Shown here: in pieces, positions 1 to 12,662 of the stretch
Numbering within the stretch: position 1 is the stretch's first letter
How the letters are laid out: the number at the start of each line of letters is the position of its first letter
Source: Curvularia clavata
Lineage: Eukaryota
DNA: 64,000 nt
Direction of reading: 5' to 3'
NCBI GenBank assembly: GCA_023920165.1
Contig: CP089275.1
Span: 124,001 to 188,000 of the forward strand
Made by a program: the position numbers and the translations under genes
The notes under the pieces: generated by a model
The model's database searches: none
Seen by the model: the letters and a program-made list of their open reading frames with translations, nothing else
Told to the model about the DNA's origin: nothing

Positions 1-1381
1 CAGCTTCGTACGCCATGCGCAGCGGGAACAGCAAGTTGAAAGCACCCAGTTCGGTCCATGTTTGATTGAGGTGATAGTCAACGCTGCGGCAGATGAACAA
101 GCCAGCGCTGCGAGTTTGTTGCTTTGAAAATTCCTCGTCATCGACTTCGCCCAACGTGCACCTGACACTAGCAACAAATCGCAAGACAAGAATTAGGGTT
201 GCATGATACAGCGTCAGGGCATTTGCGTGATAAAGCGACTCGAACTGAAAGACACTTGTCCAAGGCAGAGTCTCCTTACCAAAGGGGTTAAGACTGCAAG
301 GTGTGGTGATCGGTGGCAAGACCTCCGAAAACACTTGTCCATTATCCTTTGCCCACGCCGCGTTCCATTGATGCAGGTTCCCACAGATCTTCTCTGCTTT
401 TTTTAACAGTAGCCGGAGCTGTATATCGTGGCTATTCTGATTTGTTTGCATTTGCAGGACCTGGTCGTGGAGGGCGAAGAGCTCGGGACAGTCTGCCAGA
501 ATGTCGGTCAGGAGTTTGATTGAGTTCACTCGGCCCGGGAATTGAGCCCATGGTAAAAACTTCCAGTCGTGTTCCGCCAAGATAGTCGTTTGGCGAAGTA
601 CGAGAGCGGCAAAAATCATGGACGCGCGACATTTCTCAAAGACCAGCAATGAGGGAAGATATGATATTCGTTCTGGACCCCAACTCTCTAGAAGTCGTTC
701 GAAACCACGCGCGTGACTTATCCAGCCATGTTCGCGTTCTGAAACCAGGAACTAGTGTTGTCAGCTTAAGCATCCATCATTTGACGAGTGAACAGACTTC
801 AACAACTGCTATGATCATGACTGCTTCCAGCACGTCGAAGGACCTCGATGCATTCTCATCTGCGAGAGCTTTGTGCACTGTTTGTAACGCAGCACTATAT
901 CTTGAAAGTCCTTGAGTGATCACTGTCTTTTCATGATGCTTCATGCCAAAGTATGTTGTGGAGAGTGCGAGGAAGCATTCGGCTGTGATCGAACGATCAA
1001 TGCCCGGGTCTATTGTAAAAGTCTCAACACCAGTGATTAGCTGCGAATGTGTAAAGGCTTGGTACAAATCATCATGCGGTACAGTTAAAGGTTTCATAAT
1101 CCGTGGCTGCATAGCTTGAACTTCGGAACTGCGAATACCATTCTCCAGCTGTTTCTTTGAAACCCTGCTAGTTATCTGTGGCCCATTGTAAGGGACAAAG
1201 GCTGTGTCACGTGGTCCACTGCATGGAAGTTGCGCTTTTCGACATCGCAAGCAAATGGGTTTTGTTAAATCTGCATCTTCTTAGTAGCTGCACGACAGTG
1301 TAGGCCAGAGTACATGCCACATTTCACGCGACGCTGTCGACAGCTTTCGCATGCCTTAGATCGGCCACCAACTCCAACCAT
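1..1381 (-). CDS. Zn(II)2Cys6 fungal transcription factor, 3' end outside window
   Basis: ATG at 1381; exon 1 MVGVGGRSKACESCRQRRVKC; intron 1271-1317 (GC-AG); exon 2 DLTKPICLRCRKAQLPC completes the six-Cys binuclear cluster; intron ~752-797; next exon FLVSEREHGWISHARGFERLL resembles the fungal TF middle region. Confidence 0.85.
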
Positions 1382-1935
1382 AGCTAGTATTCAAGCATGC
1401 ATGGCAAATGATGTAGTACAAGCGGATGCGCGAGTATCGGTTGGGCGTGATGGAGATGTAACAGGTTACATTCGAGTCACCTAACAGAAAACAACAAGAG
1501 TCTGGTCCGTGCACACCAAGAAATCGCGATACGCCACTTTGCGATACTACATAGTACTTGATAGAGGGGCTGTGCATCGCCGCTTTGGGACGCTATTACC
1601 AATGTTTCTATTTGGGGTCTTGTGGCACAGACAGGAACCGTATTCGGCCTCCAGCCGCTCTTTGTCAATTCGTCGGCCGACGTCATGTGGCAAATCCAAT
1701 ACGGGGCGCTAGCATAGTGTTACAAGCGCTAACCTCACTAGCCTCAATAGCTATCCGTATACCTTAAGTTAAACTTTAGGGTAGTACAATGTCAGAGAGT
1801 ATAAAACAAAGTCGCCTCACCCACTTGACAATTCCCTCTCACATCATCAACATTCCATTGAAATACTTCCTCTCGTTCAATCTTAGCACCTCAGTGTCCT
1901 TCGTTTGCTACATCAACGTTTCCGCATCCCTAGCC

Positions 1936-2697
1936 ATGCAGTACACACTCTTCGCCCTGGCCACCGCCGGATTCTTTACCGCAGCGCAATGCGCTGAAGC
2001 ATCTCCTGTCGGCAGCGTAATTCCTGTTGGTCAGAATTGCACCCCAGGCGGCACCCCCTGCGCCAATGGCGCCAACTGCTATGCTGTGAACTCGATGCTG
2101 CAGCCGGTATGCGGAAACTTCCAAGCCTCGTGCCAAAACGACCAGCAATGCGCATTCAACACCTGTAACGGAGGTTTCTGCAATGGCTTCCTGGCTTCTT
2201 CCTCTTCGGCGCCTTCTTCGGCCTCGGCCTCACCAGTCATCACAAGCACACCGACCGGACAAGGCCCAATGCCTGCCCCGTCATCGACCGTCAGCGCAGC
2301 TCCGGGATCGCTTCCTCTCGGCGCCGAATGCAACCCCTATGTGAAACCGAGTCAGTGTGTCGATGGTGTACAGTGTTGGGCAAGCAATGCCATGTTGATC
2401 GCGCGATGCGGCAATTTCAACGCTGAGTGCCAGACTGATGCGCAGTGCGCTTACAATACTTGTAGCGGTGGCCTTTGCCGAGGCGTCCGTGTTTCGTCTT
2501 CGGGCGCAGCGGCTGGTACCATGGCTCCTGTGCCTAGTGCCTCTTCTGGTCCGGTTGGCAATGGTACGGTGCACCCGACTGGTGGTGCGACACCGACAAC
2601 TACCAGTCCGCCCCTGTTTACTGGCGCCGCATCGGCTCACAACGTGGCGGGTGGAGTTTTCGCTATTGTCTTGGGAGCTGTGGCTTTGGGCCTGTAA
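1936..2697 (+). CDS. Secreted, probably GPI-anchored protein with two copies of an 8-Cys module
   Basis: Signal peptide MQYTLFALATAGFFTAAQCA; duplicated module with CGNF.A.CQ.D.QCA.NTC.GG.C; S/T/P-rich linkers; C-terminal FTGAASA plus hydrophobic tail typical of a GPI signal. Confidence 0.85.
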   Translation: MQYTLFALATAGFFTAAQCAEASPVGSVIPVGQNCTPGGTPCANGANCYAVNSMLQPVCGNFQASCQNDQQCAFNTCNGGFCNGFLASSSSAPSSASASPVITSTPTGQGPMPAPSSTVSAAPGSLPLGAECNPYVKPSQCVDGVQCWASNAMLIARCGNFNAECQTDAQCAYNTCSGGLCRGVRVSSSGAAAGTMAPVPSASSGPVGNGTVHPTGGATPTTTSPPLFTGAASAHNVAGGVFAIVLGAVALGL

Positions 2698-3502
2698 TAA
2701 TGCAGTATAATTATCCTATATGCCCTTACGATTAATTAATTCAATGCAATCCTGTTACAATATAGTCGATAATTTGTGCACAATTTTTGAATTGGATCTG
2801 CAAGGCTGGCATGTTTCCATGGTCTCGATACAAGCTAGTGAAACCTGTAAAGCACTAACCAGACTTGTCCAATCATAGTTACTCGTATAAAATGTAGGCT
2901 CAGATAGCTCTCCAGACATACTACAACACAAGCCGAGTTTTGCCGCTCTTAGTTTTTCTTCAATCACGTGTAATGTAAGTTGTAGATGGTGCTAGGCCAC
3001 GATAACTACCGAATGGAAGACATCTACCAGTCGCTGCAGCAAGATAGATCGAAATCAAAGATATCTTCAAGAGCTATGATTATACAGAGTAGTCGTTTGC
3101 TGCGCTCTCCTGGTCGGAAGATACTAGATGAGACAATATTCATCAATTTCTTTATCAATGAAAGGTTAGTTAGCCTTAGTTCTAGCACATGTTTCTGTGG
3201 GGGTGTCTGGATAGATTCAGCATAGAGCCGCACCCCATGCGACCCTCCCAATGGTCATCTTGCAACATTTCCTCGTTCTTTGGTTCTTCCTACCTGCCGA
3301 ATTTCTCAAAGTTTGTCGATTGCATCCCCGTCCCTTTTTGATTCTTAGCTTAAACCATATTCCCCCGGAATCCTCTCCGCATGATCCGATTGGTTCATAT
3401 ACCACCGCTGGCGGATACAAGTATCCTCACGCATTGGTAAAACGATAGCATCTCTCGACCACCTATCTTTACAACTTCGTCTCCTACTTTTATCTAAACA
3501 AA

Positions 3503-4827
3503 ATGTTACAAAGGATGGGGACAGCGATTTCCCCCTGGATGTTTCTTATATTGCTCGTCAACGGGTCGCCCACAACACGAATCGTCCGCCAAGGAGAGCC
3601 AGAGAGTGTCGTTCGCGCTGAAACAGGCGCACTTGGCCGGCTGGTCTACGGCATCATCTCCGCATTCTGCCTATGTGCTCTGTCATTCGCACTAGGTGTG
3701 TTCTTCCAATCAATATTACATCATAGCACTGACATACTGCAGGCCTTCGGGTAACGCAATTTAGGAAAAAAGAAAGATTCCAGTTTGCCTGGATTCTTTG
3801 CCATATCCAGACTGGCGTGGCCATAATGCTTGTTATCTCAGGCGCAATTCTAGTGTATGGCCTTAATCTCACCACCTGGAAGCAATGTCGGGCATCAATT
3901 ACAGTGTGTCTATTCTTGTACTTCTCTTCGAAGGTTTTACTGTAAGTGATCGCTAAGAGCATTTCTGTTCGATGGATTGTTAACATTTCATTTATAACAG
4001 ATACATATTCTATCTGGAGAGAATACACATTGCACGCCAGCCTCTCGCCCGAAGGCACGATACAATATGGATTGCCGGAATGGTCATAACTGTTGGATTC
4101 TTCGGAGGCATGGCTCTGTGGTGCATTGCCACACCTCACTCTGCTATCAGCGTACACGACGGCCATTGTCGAATCGGAAGCGACATGATACCATCGTATA
4201 CCACCTTTTCCACCGATATCGTCATCAACATTGCACTCACAGGCGTCTTCATCTGGCTAATTCTACCTGTTTTAAAAAATCAAGCACGAGGCCCAGCGAT
4301 GATCATAGATGGAGCCGCGCGGCCTTCTGCTTTAGGTCCATTCGCATGGAGGAGATTCATGCGCAGCAATGTAGAGAGGGACGACCCACTTGCATTCAGT
4401 ATCAAGAAAATGCTTAAAAGAAATATCATTGGGTCTGGCTTGACCTTTCTAGCCGGTGCAATCAACCTAGTTATTTACTTTGTTGATGCTACTAGCCAGA
4501 TTGCATTCGTTTGTTTCACACTCTGCATCGTCGACGGTATGTAGCCGTCTTCAGCTTCTATAATTTTACACTAACAGATTGGAAGTGGTTTTTGGAGTCT
4601 TGGTCGTCCAATGGCTTACGTTCGGTTCACACGAACCTGCTACGAATTCCAATCAACTGCCCCGTGTCGCCAATCTCGCTGACTCACAGATGGTATATCC
4701 CCCCAGTCGCCCTAAGCCTGAGAGCTCTAAACTCTACACTAAGGAACCAAAGCGGGTATCAAGATGCGACATGAGCTTCATTACTAAGCCTGAGAACCTC
4801 AACAGTGAATCCACGGCATCCATATGA
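3503..4827 (+). CDS. Fungal multipass (about 7 TM, GPCR-like) membrane protein
   Basis: Exons 3503-3695, 3743-3941, 4001-4536, 4586-4827 joined by GT-AG introns give one frame with about 7 hydrophobic helices plus an N-terminal signal-like segment; YIFYLERIHI and DGHCRIG loop. Confidence 0.75.
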
Positions 4828-5121
4828 CATATCGTCAATCCTTTTGCAAAAAGACGCCTAGAGACAGATTCAACGGCCGACTGTGAGACCTGAAGAGACG
4901 TGTTCGAACACTCGACTCAATAGTCTCCCAATGATCAAAAGCGGAGAGACTAGGTCTCTGTGCTGTGCTTCACTTTGTTGCTTGTTTGCAGCAATGTTGT
5001 GCCCTTGCACCGTAAACATCGTATTACAACTGCGTTATCGATAACACTGGAAGGTCAGCAAGCATTCTCGCAAGATGGTTGATCATAAAAATTTGCATCT
5101 TTACAAATACTACCTATCCCG

Positions 5122-7482
5122 TTATCGATATATTATTCCGTCCTCTGGTCGCTCTGCCCTCTGTGACGACAGAAAACAGTGCAAATCATCGTCAAACATT
5201 CTTTCCTTCACTACACCCAATTTTACCGGCTTCAAATGTGTCTACCAATCGTCTCTGGGTGGGTGGGATGCTGCGCTGATGACCAGACTACACGAAGCCG
5301 CAAACAGAATGCGGACCTTGAGTCAGCGACGCCGCAGGAGCCCAATCGTGAGAACAATGAAGTAGAACGCCAGACAGAGTATAAAAAACTCAGCCCTGAC
5401 ACACACTAAACCGCGACATGGATTCATTGAGCGTGCCATCAGTGTTGATGTGATCGACGCGCACGAGGGAGGAACAGCGACTGCGAGAGGAGCCAATGCA
5501 GGCCACCACTAAATATAGTGTGTAGGAGCGAGAATTTATACAGGAGCTACAGGAAGTATGTACTGCGTTGAGCCTGCGTGGGATTGGTAACCCGTAGCCC
5601 TTTCTGGTGAACGCCGAGTTGATTCCATTCGCGGGCGCCGCTCATAGATGTGCACTCACTGTTGAGAACGAGATGACAGAAGGAGAGGGTGACTTGGGGG
5701 ATAATATTTGGAAGCCAGGCAAAAAGGAGTGTATCTCGTGCCTCGCTTTGGTGGACGATCATAGTTTTATAACTAGTGCCCCTTTGGCCGTTGATCTTGC
5801 TGCTGACGGCGAGAGAGATACAGAGAAGAGCATGGGTTCCAATTACAATAAAACTGGACAAAATTCAGCATATACTTCGTGACGACACTTTAAAGATGAA
5901 TTAGGTTTGCATAGTCAATTGAATAAAAGAGGAGTCAATCTCCCAGTGCCGCCCAAGGAGCATAGAATAAGGATGATAACGTTCTCTCCATGTTCCATAA
6001 GTGTCGTTGGCGAGGTCTTCTAGTAACTCACCTCTTTTGAACGTCTTGCCACCCAAATTGTGCTCTAACGAGATTGTTTCCTTTGAAAATACACAGACAC
6101 CTTTTGTCCGCGGGTCTGGATGTTCAAGAAATGAAGCGGCTGCGTCTCCAAGCGTTACAAGAAAGTCGGATCTTTCATAGAAAAGCCCCAAAGCATTGTG
6201 GCAAGTTTCGTCGCGTTACAGGCTATGACTACGATGAGAAAGTAAAGACTGATCTGGATGCGGCTTCGTGAGGGAACTTTATGATCACGAGCAGCAGCGA
6301 CGTGCCCATACTTTGGGGAGACGTTTGTAAAGCTTGGCCCACTAAGATCTTTTCCCAGATTGAATACAATCATGTTGATCCAATTGTGAGAAGGAATTCG
6401 TTGGCCAGCCTCGTTTGTTGTCAGTTTCTTTACAAATCCGTCAGCAATGCCTGACATAACCCAGGTACGATTTGAGTTGACATTGGCCGTTAAGTCTGTC
6501 GTTTCGGCCGGGTATCCGGTCGCGTTATCTGCAATAATTCGGGCAGTTTCGTTGACTGCTAAGTATAGATCCCCATAGTCTACCAACGTTGAATTGTATG
6601 CCTTCTGCCACTCAGGTTTGCAGAGTTCAGTTTACTCAGAGCTATTCAAAATACTCTGCCATTGGGGGGAAGTGACATTCAAAACATGTGTACTCCATTC
6701 ATTAGTTGATGCAATGAATGTCGCTGTGGAGTTGTAACTGCGTAGTTATTAGCTACGTGGTAAGGCTCGTGCTTAGATATAGCTTCATACAATACGTGTA
6801 GAGGAATAGATGTTAATTCCATTATTAAACATAGAACCAATCGCTTTCGAGGAATAATTTGTAGATTCCGAGAGCTAAAAACACCAATATCGAACCACAC
6901 TCCCTGAGGGTGCGCTTTGTCAAGATCTCTTCTCGATGGCCTGGCAATAGCATGAAATGTCAGCAAGTTATATATTTCAACCCCTGAAATTACTTACGAT
7001 GTAAGTACTTGCATCGTATAGTTGCTGGCGCTTAGTAGGATAGTACTCAGCGCGTTAATCAAAACGTGAATGCCGCTGCTAAAATGGGACCTGCAAATGT
7101 TCGAAGTCGCCTTTGAAAATCTTTGATGGACATGCATGGTTGCTGAGTCGTACGTGAATAGCAGAATGGCTATATCACCGTTGAAGCCTGGCTTGATTGC
7201 AAGTAAGATCACAACAGCGATGTTGAAAACCAGTATTGCGGCAGATGTGCAACCGCCAATGAGGATGCCCATTCTCCAGCCATAAAAGCGGCTACTAGAC
7301 TTATATCGAGCAGTAGTGGTATCTAAATACCGGAATGAACTAAGTACCTTCTGAACCACAGAAAGACTGGCTAAGATTGCAAGTCCTTTTGCGAACAAGC
7401 CTACGCACTTCTGTAATGAGCCCTGGGTATGCGTTGACGAATGGCCATTAGACGATGCACTTGACACAAACGATGATCTCAA
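5122..7482 (-). pseudogene. Pseudogene of a DUF6536-type fungal membrane protein
   Basis: Collinear family motifs GWRMG, HVLINALSTILLSASNYTMQVL, PSRRDLDKAH..G.WFDIG, LVTLGDAAASFL..PD, GLRVTNP..AQRSTYFL, LHWLLSQSLF, SCSLVISAASHP. Disrupted by in-frame TAA (6632-6634), a frameshift near 6190, TAG (5547-5549) and further lesions. 5' boundary uncertain. Confidence 0.75.
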
Positions 7483-8099
7483 GTGTGCGCGATCACTATA
7501 GCTGACAATCTTTCCATCATCACAGCAATCATTATCGTACGAACTGAGAAACTTGAGTTGGAGCCTAGAGATTTCGGTTGTAGAGGCTTACATACTTCGT
7601 CTAGATGAATCCACTCTGATTGCTCTGTTTGGAGTGTTGTAAGATCCCTGCTGGTGCGATGAGAAGCAAAGGTGTCGTCATCCTGTCCTAATCGGGTTCG
7701 GTTGAGTAACGCTCTAGCGCTATTGAAAATGGGGCCAGGTGTGGGAGATTGAAGAAGCAGGCGTGTGTCGCTTTCACAATACCCTTCTTATGGAAGCATG
7801 TTACAGTGCGATCGCGTCGGACTGCTAAAATCGATTGAGCAAAGCTATCATGGTTCCGCCAAGTATTTATGGGGGACGACTGGCAGTCGATGTTCCTGGT
7901 CTCAATTACAGCCTCCACGGCGGCTGTGTCCAAGTGGCACACCCCGCAGTATGGCATTTGTGTAGTTATTGTAATAGCACTGTCATATTCTGGATGTACA
8001 CTCTGGCCACCAAGCTTGCCAGCTTCATCCAGTGACTCGCAATTCGGGTAAGCTTCTATCAACGCCAAATCGTCGTGTGCCCTAACCATATGCACACAA

Positions 8100-8605
8100 T
8101 TGATACAGAACCAAATCCTCGCATGCTTTAAATGGCTAAGAAAATTTCAAGTTCTCGCATGTATCCGGCTAGATAGAAGCATGTTAATCGAGGAAATTTC
8201 AGACTTGGCTAGCGTGCCAGAGACGCTGCTGGGCCGCATGATGTGGCAGACAGCCACATTTGGCTTTCTCCGAGAGTTTCAACCAGATCCTATCGCGCAC
8301 ACGCGCCTTTCAATACCCTTCATTTTGAATCTCCGCTTCATCGACACTACCATGTTTCTTGCCAACACAGCGCCACCCGCCGCCTTGCACATGGCTACAG
8401 CCACGCAGCACCACTGCCAAACGAGCGCCTACTCAATCCCCTTCCCCACATCACAGCCATTCCCATCGGCTTGTATAAAGAATATGAAACTCAAGTTCCA
8501 ATGGTTGGCTTGTTGTCGATGCGTGGGTACTGTGGAGAAAGGTGTAACTGAACTGATCAGCCGGTTGAAATAGCGTGATCTGGGCAACACTTGCATGTTT
8601 GACGT
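8100..8605 (+). pseudogene. Truncated AflS/AflJ (MdpA-like) transcriptional coactivator remnant
   Basis: QNQILACFKWLRKFQVLACI..DLASVPET..TATFGFLRE..AHT.LS.PF..MFLA.TA.PAAL.MATAT recalls MdpA-type coactivators; no ATG or N-terminus; TAG at 8571-8573 where a Trp is expected (SRLK*RDLGNTCMFDV). Confidence 0.7.
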
Positions 8606-8978
8606 GTCTTATCATCCTGAATGCTGTAGTTTGATTAGCCTGTATGGAAGTCACTCGGAGAAGGTTGAATTGCAATGCGACAGATGAGATAGTCGTTTCC
8701 CTAAAGCACGACCTTTTGAGCTTGTGGAACTGGTTGAGATCTTTCCCTCAACGAAGTACAAGGGGAACAAATCAGTTTCGGGTTGAGCTTGCAAGGTTTC
8801 TGGTAATGAAAGACAGAAATCTCCGCACTGGACTTCCTGCACTCAAAAGCGCGCTTGATTGCTTATAAGTTGTTCGAGTGAGCGTACATTCTTGAGATCC
8901 CCACGAGAAATAACTTATCACGTACATTAGCCAAGGTCAACATTTACCAGATTCAAAGTCTTTGTATCCCTATAATCC

Positions 8979-11598
8979 TTATTCTACCACAACTTCAGCA
9001 CTATTTCTGGTTCGCGTAAGCCTAGCTCGAATGCTTTCCTTTCCGCTCTTGTGCACCTCGTTCAACAGCATAGAGTCCTCCGGTAGACTTGCCCTGGCGA
9101 TATAGTCCCTGATCCCCTGCGATTCAGCAACCTGTGCGAACGCAGACCAAACATCTCCAATGACGGTAAATCTAGTCGTGGTAAAAAACAAGACCACTAC
9201 CAAAGCCAAGAAGGCAAAATGCGCAACAAGGGTCCACATAAGTATGGTGAGACCGAGGTAATCACGCGGATAGAGAACATTTTCGAAGAACGATACAGCA
9301 ACAGTATCTACACGGTCAAATGCAGCTTGTTGACTGTAGTAGTTGGTCATGGAAAGGACAGTGATGAGTGATGACAGTGCCCACTCGACTGAGAAGCCAG
9401 CCTCAATTGTACCCGTAAAGATAGCGGCGAGAGCAGGATCTGCTGAAATGATTTTTGTGGGAGGCGACTCAAAGTTACGAAGGTGCGTGACTAGAGGCCT
9501 ACCCGTGAGGAAGACTGACCAATTCCCCGGTAGCGGCACAGTCGTTCCCTTGGCCGTTGCCGAGCTACCGCCCATGTCGCTTTGTATGATCGGGCGTCGA
9601 TATGGGGGTGGCAGATCTCCCAAAAATCTATGCGGCTTTTCCAACTGCATAATTTGGCGCGTTACATTCTTGGTGACGGGTATCAGGTGGTTGAGCACCT
9701 CCAAAGGCTTGAATCCTTTCCAGTATTGGAGCAAGGGTTCAGTCCTATTGACTTTACTGTGTACCTCGACGTCAAGAATTGCAGCATCCCATGGTGCAAA
9801 GCACAGAGTAAGTGATATGGAAGCTTCTGCAGTTGTGTTCGTCTCCGGAAAAGAAAGGTTCCGCCATATCTTCGCTATACCATTGTTGCTCGAGCCATCA
9901 ATGACAAGGAATGCGGCTCCGAATGCCGTGGAGTTTTCAAATTGACTTTTTAGAGATCCCACAAAAGCCTCTCCGGATTGGCCTAGCTGACATATAGTGA
10001 TTTGACCCTTCCCAGCCACTGTGCAGTCAAAAGGCGTTGGTTTAATGGGTTGCAACCCTGTTGCGTTGATTGAAGGCGATACTATACCTTTGATCTGCCC
10101 ATTAAGTCCTTGACCCTCAAACTCAGTGATGGAGGGTGCCTGGCAAGCAACTCTGGCGTCAATTGTCAACGCGTTTCCCTTGTATGTTGCCAGCGTCTGG
10201 CGCGACTCGGCGGCTGCATATGGCAGGAATGCTCGCAGTAACACTCCGGTATCAACCACCTCCTCCGTGGCCTCAGTAGGCTGCTCGTGATATTCTCCAA
10301 AAGTCGCATAATTGGGGGGATTGGTAGTCCATGCTGAGTCACGAGTTATTCTCTCCACACCTCCGACGGGATAAGATAAACCGGGTCGAACCTCGGCAGG
10401 AATAACAGCACCGACGAGCGGACCTAGCTTGAGATCTGACAATAATAAAGTTGACGAGAACTGGACAACAGTGGTGGTGATTAGCAAACAAATAGCCATG
10501 GCATATACGTGGTGATTCTGCCGAGACTGTGCAGTTGATCTCCAGAATTCTTCCAATACACAGCGAGCAAATGTCCACGGACTCGTAGTCCCATTCCGCA
10601 TAGCTGATATTCTAGCTGTCTGAAACACATGTATTCCAGATTTCGATTCTAACAGCAGGGAGGCAAGGATAGCACAGGCGATGGTAGCCTGAGTGTCCAC
10701 AGAAACCCTCAGCACGAGGGCTGTCACGGCTACAGACCGTGTGGCCCAACCTTGGACCATGATATGCCCCCAAGTTTTGTTTCTGCTATCGCCAAACCAC
10801 AAGAACAGCAAGAATGAGCACATGGCGAGCACAGCCATAGCACTCACGAGAAGAGCGAGAAGAGACACCGAGCCAAGCCGCTGAAGATCATCTTTCTTTT
10901 GGGTAGCAGAGATGTTGGTCATTTCGGTGCTGGTATCAGGTTTTGCTATATCCACAGCATCCATGGATGGTTGTGTGCTTTTTTTGGTCAGCAGTTAGGC
11001 ACCAGATACTCTGCTTTACTTACGGCTCTATTGACGCATAGATATGCTCGCCACGGGTAGATAACTTTCTCCAGCCAATCCAAAGGATAATGAAAGCACA
11101 CAAAGAAACCATGGCTGCTATGGAGACGCTAGGCATTATGATCCTGCTCGAAGGGCCGGATCCGAAAGCGTCATATACCGGCTTGGATGTCATTGCGGGA
11201 TCACGAGCAAGCGCTACCGAAGAAGTGGTGATTGGGGCATCAGCTATGTTGTTTATGCTCGGATCTCCGAATATGTCGACTAGTTCCGGTCTGTCCATGA
11301 TCGCAGGAGTCAAATCGCCATGGGGGCAAGCTCCTTGAGCGCAAGCGTTGCTCTTGCAGCAACCAAAGAAGGACCCTTCCATGCCCACGCCGCATGTGTA
11401 AAAACTGGCCTCCATTTCGCATGACAAATCAGCAAATATGCCAACAGCTGCTTCGTCAATGAGAACAGGATAGAGATGCTGTTGTGGACATGTAACGCTA
11501 CATGGATTGACCGCGCAGCAACCGGCAAAGAGCGTCCCTGTCGTGCAACCGTACCATTCCCCTCCTGACGGACACCAGACAGACCGGTTTCGGGCCAT
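8979..11598 (-). CDS. Uncharacterised membrane protein (857 aa): Cys-rich N-terminal domain, TM segments and a large lumenal domain
   Basis: ORFs 11020-11598 and 8979-10964 join in frame through a 46-nt intron 10978-11023 (GTAAGT...GCTGAC...AAG); several hydrophobic helices and N-glycosylation sequons. Confidence 0.7.
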
Positions 11599-12662
11599 TT
11601 TCTCAGTGAAGCACTATGTGCTGGAAATGAGAGTAGAATGATGAACGATGAAGGAGACTGGGCGTAAGAACGAGGACATTTCCCAGAAGCTGAGAATAGA
11701 AGTTTCACTCGTTTCCGCGGGTAAGTCTTCCCTGCTGCCAAGAACGGGGCATTTTCAGGCGCAAAACGCTATGCCGATAATGTATCGTCTCCGCTTTGAT
11801 CCTTTTTGGGGGCCAAATGCTGGCATCAAGGATCTGGCTTGGGGGCCAGCTCTCTAAGCGCCTTCGCTACTTCAGCATTGTGGACCTTGCTATGGTCATG
11901 TGATGGCATCCTCTCACGCACGAAAACCAACTTTTCATTTTGTGAGTCCTATATCGCATCCAGTTTGAGCAGTGATATCTGGATGCCAAATCTTGCCATC
12001 CGTATCATAGTCCATTATTAGCATTATGGAAACCAATCCGCCCATAACACGATCTGCATGGTGTGTACCTCAGTTAAAAAAAAATAGAATGACGAGTACT
12101 GTCAGGCAGGCGCACGATAGTGGGGTAGATGTAGAGCTGTTGAAGCGACAGGTAGTACGGAAGATCAGGGCTATATTTACGCCACAAATGAAGTAGAGTT
12201 TCGGAAGGATCAATGACCTTTTCGCTTCGCGGATGGGCTATACTTGCCACGTTCATGCGATCCAAGGCGCGTTGTAGTAGTGATGACTCGTGTGTTGAAG
12301 ACCTGCTGTTCTTGTCGTGGTAAAAAGGGTGCTAGATTGATCGATTGATTGGAGCAGAAAGCCTGCCCATATACCACACTATTCTTATCGCGATAGCACC
12401 TGCACAACTGTCGCAAATGCCACCTTCCAAACAATAGGTCTAACCGATGTAATATGGAAGGCATGGCTCACGAAGCAATTGCTGTGTCTGAATTAGCCGC
12501 GTTCGGGTAGTGCTGCACTTTCCTAATTTGTGAGTCAACAACCGAACGAATCGTCCACCTCTCTCCACATTGAAACTTTAGATTTCGCCTACGCTTTAGC
12601 AGCTGGGGTGTTACACTACTGGATCAGAGCCTGCATTACAACAATCTTGGTCAACTCCACCG

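Noticed and set aside
7688..8095. 135-aa minus-strand ORF and a possible transporter remnant on the plus strand
   Set aside because: No convincing family motif.
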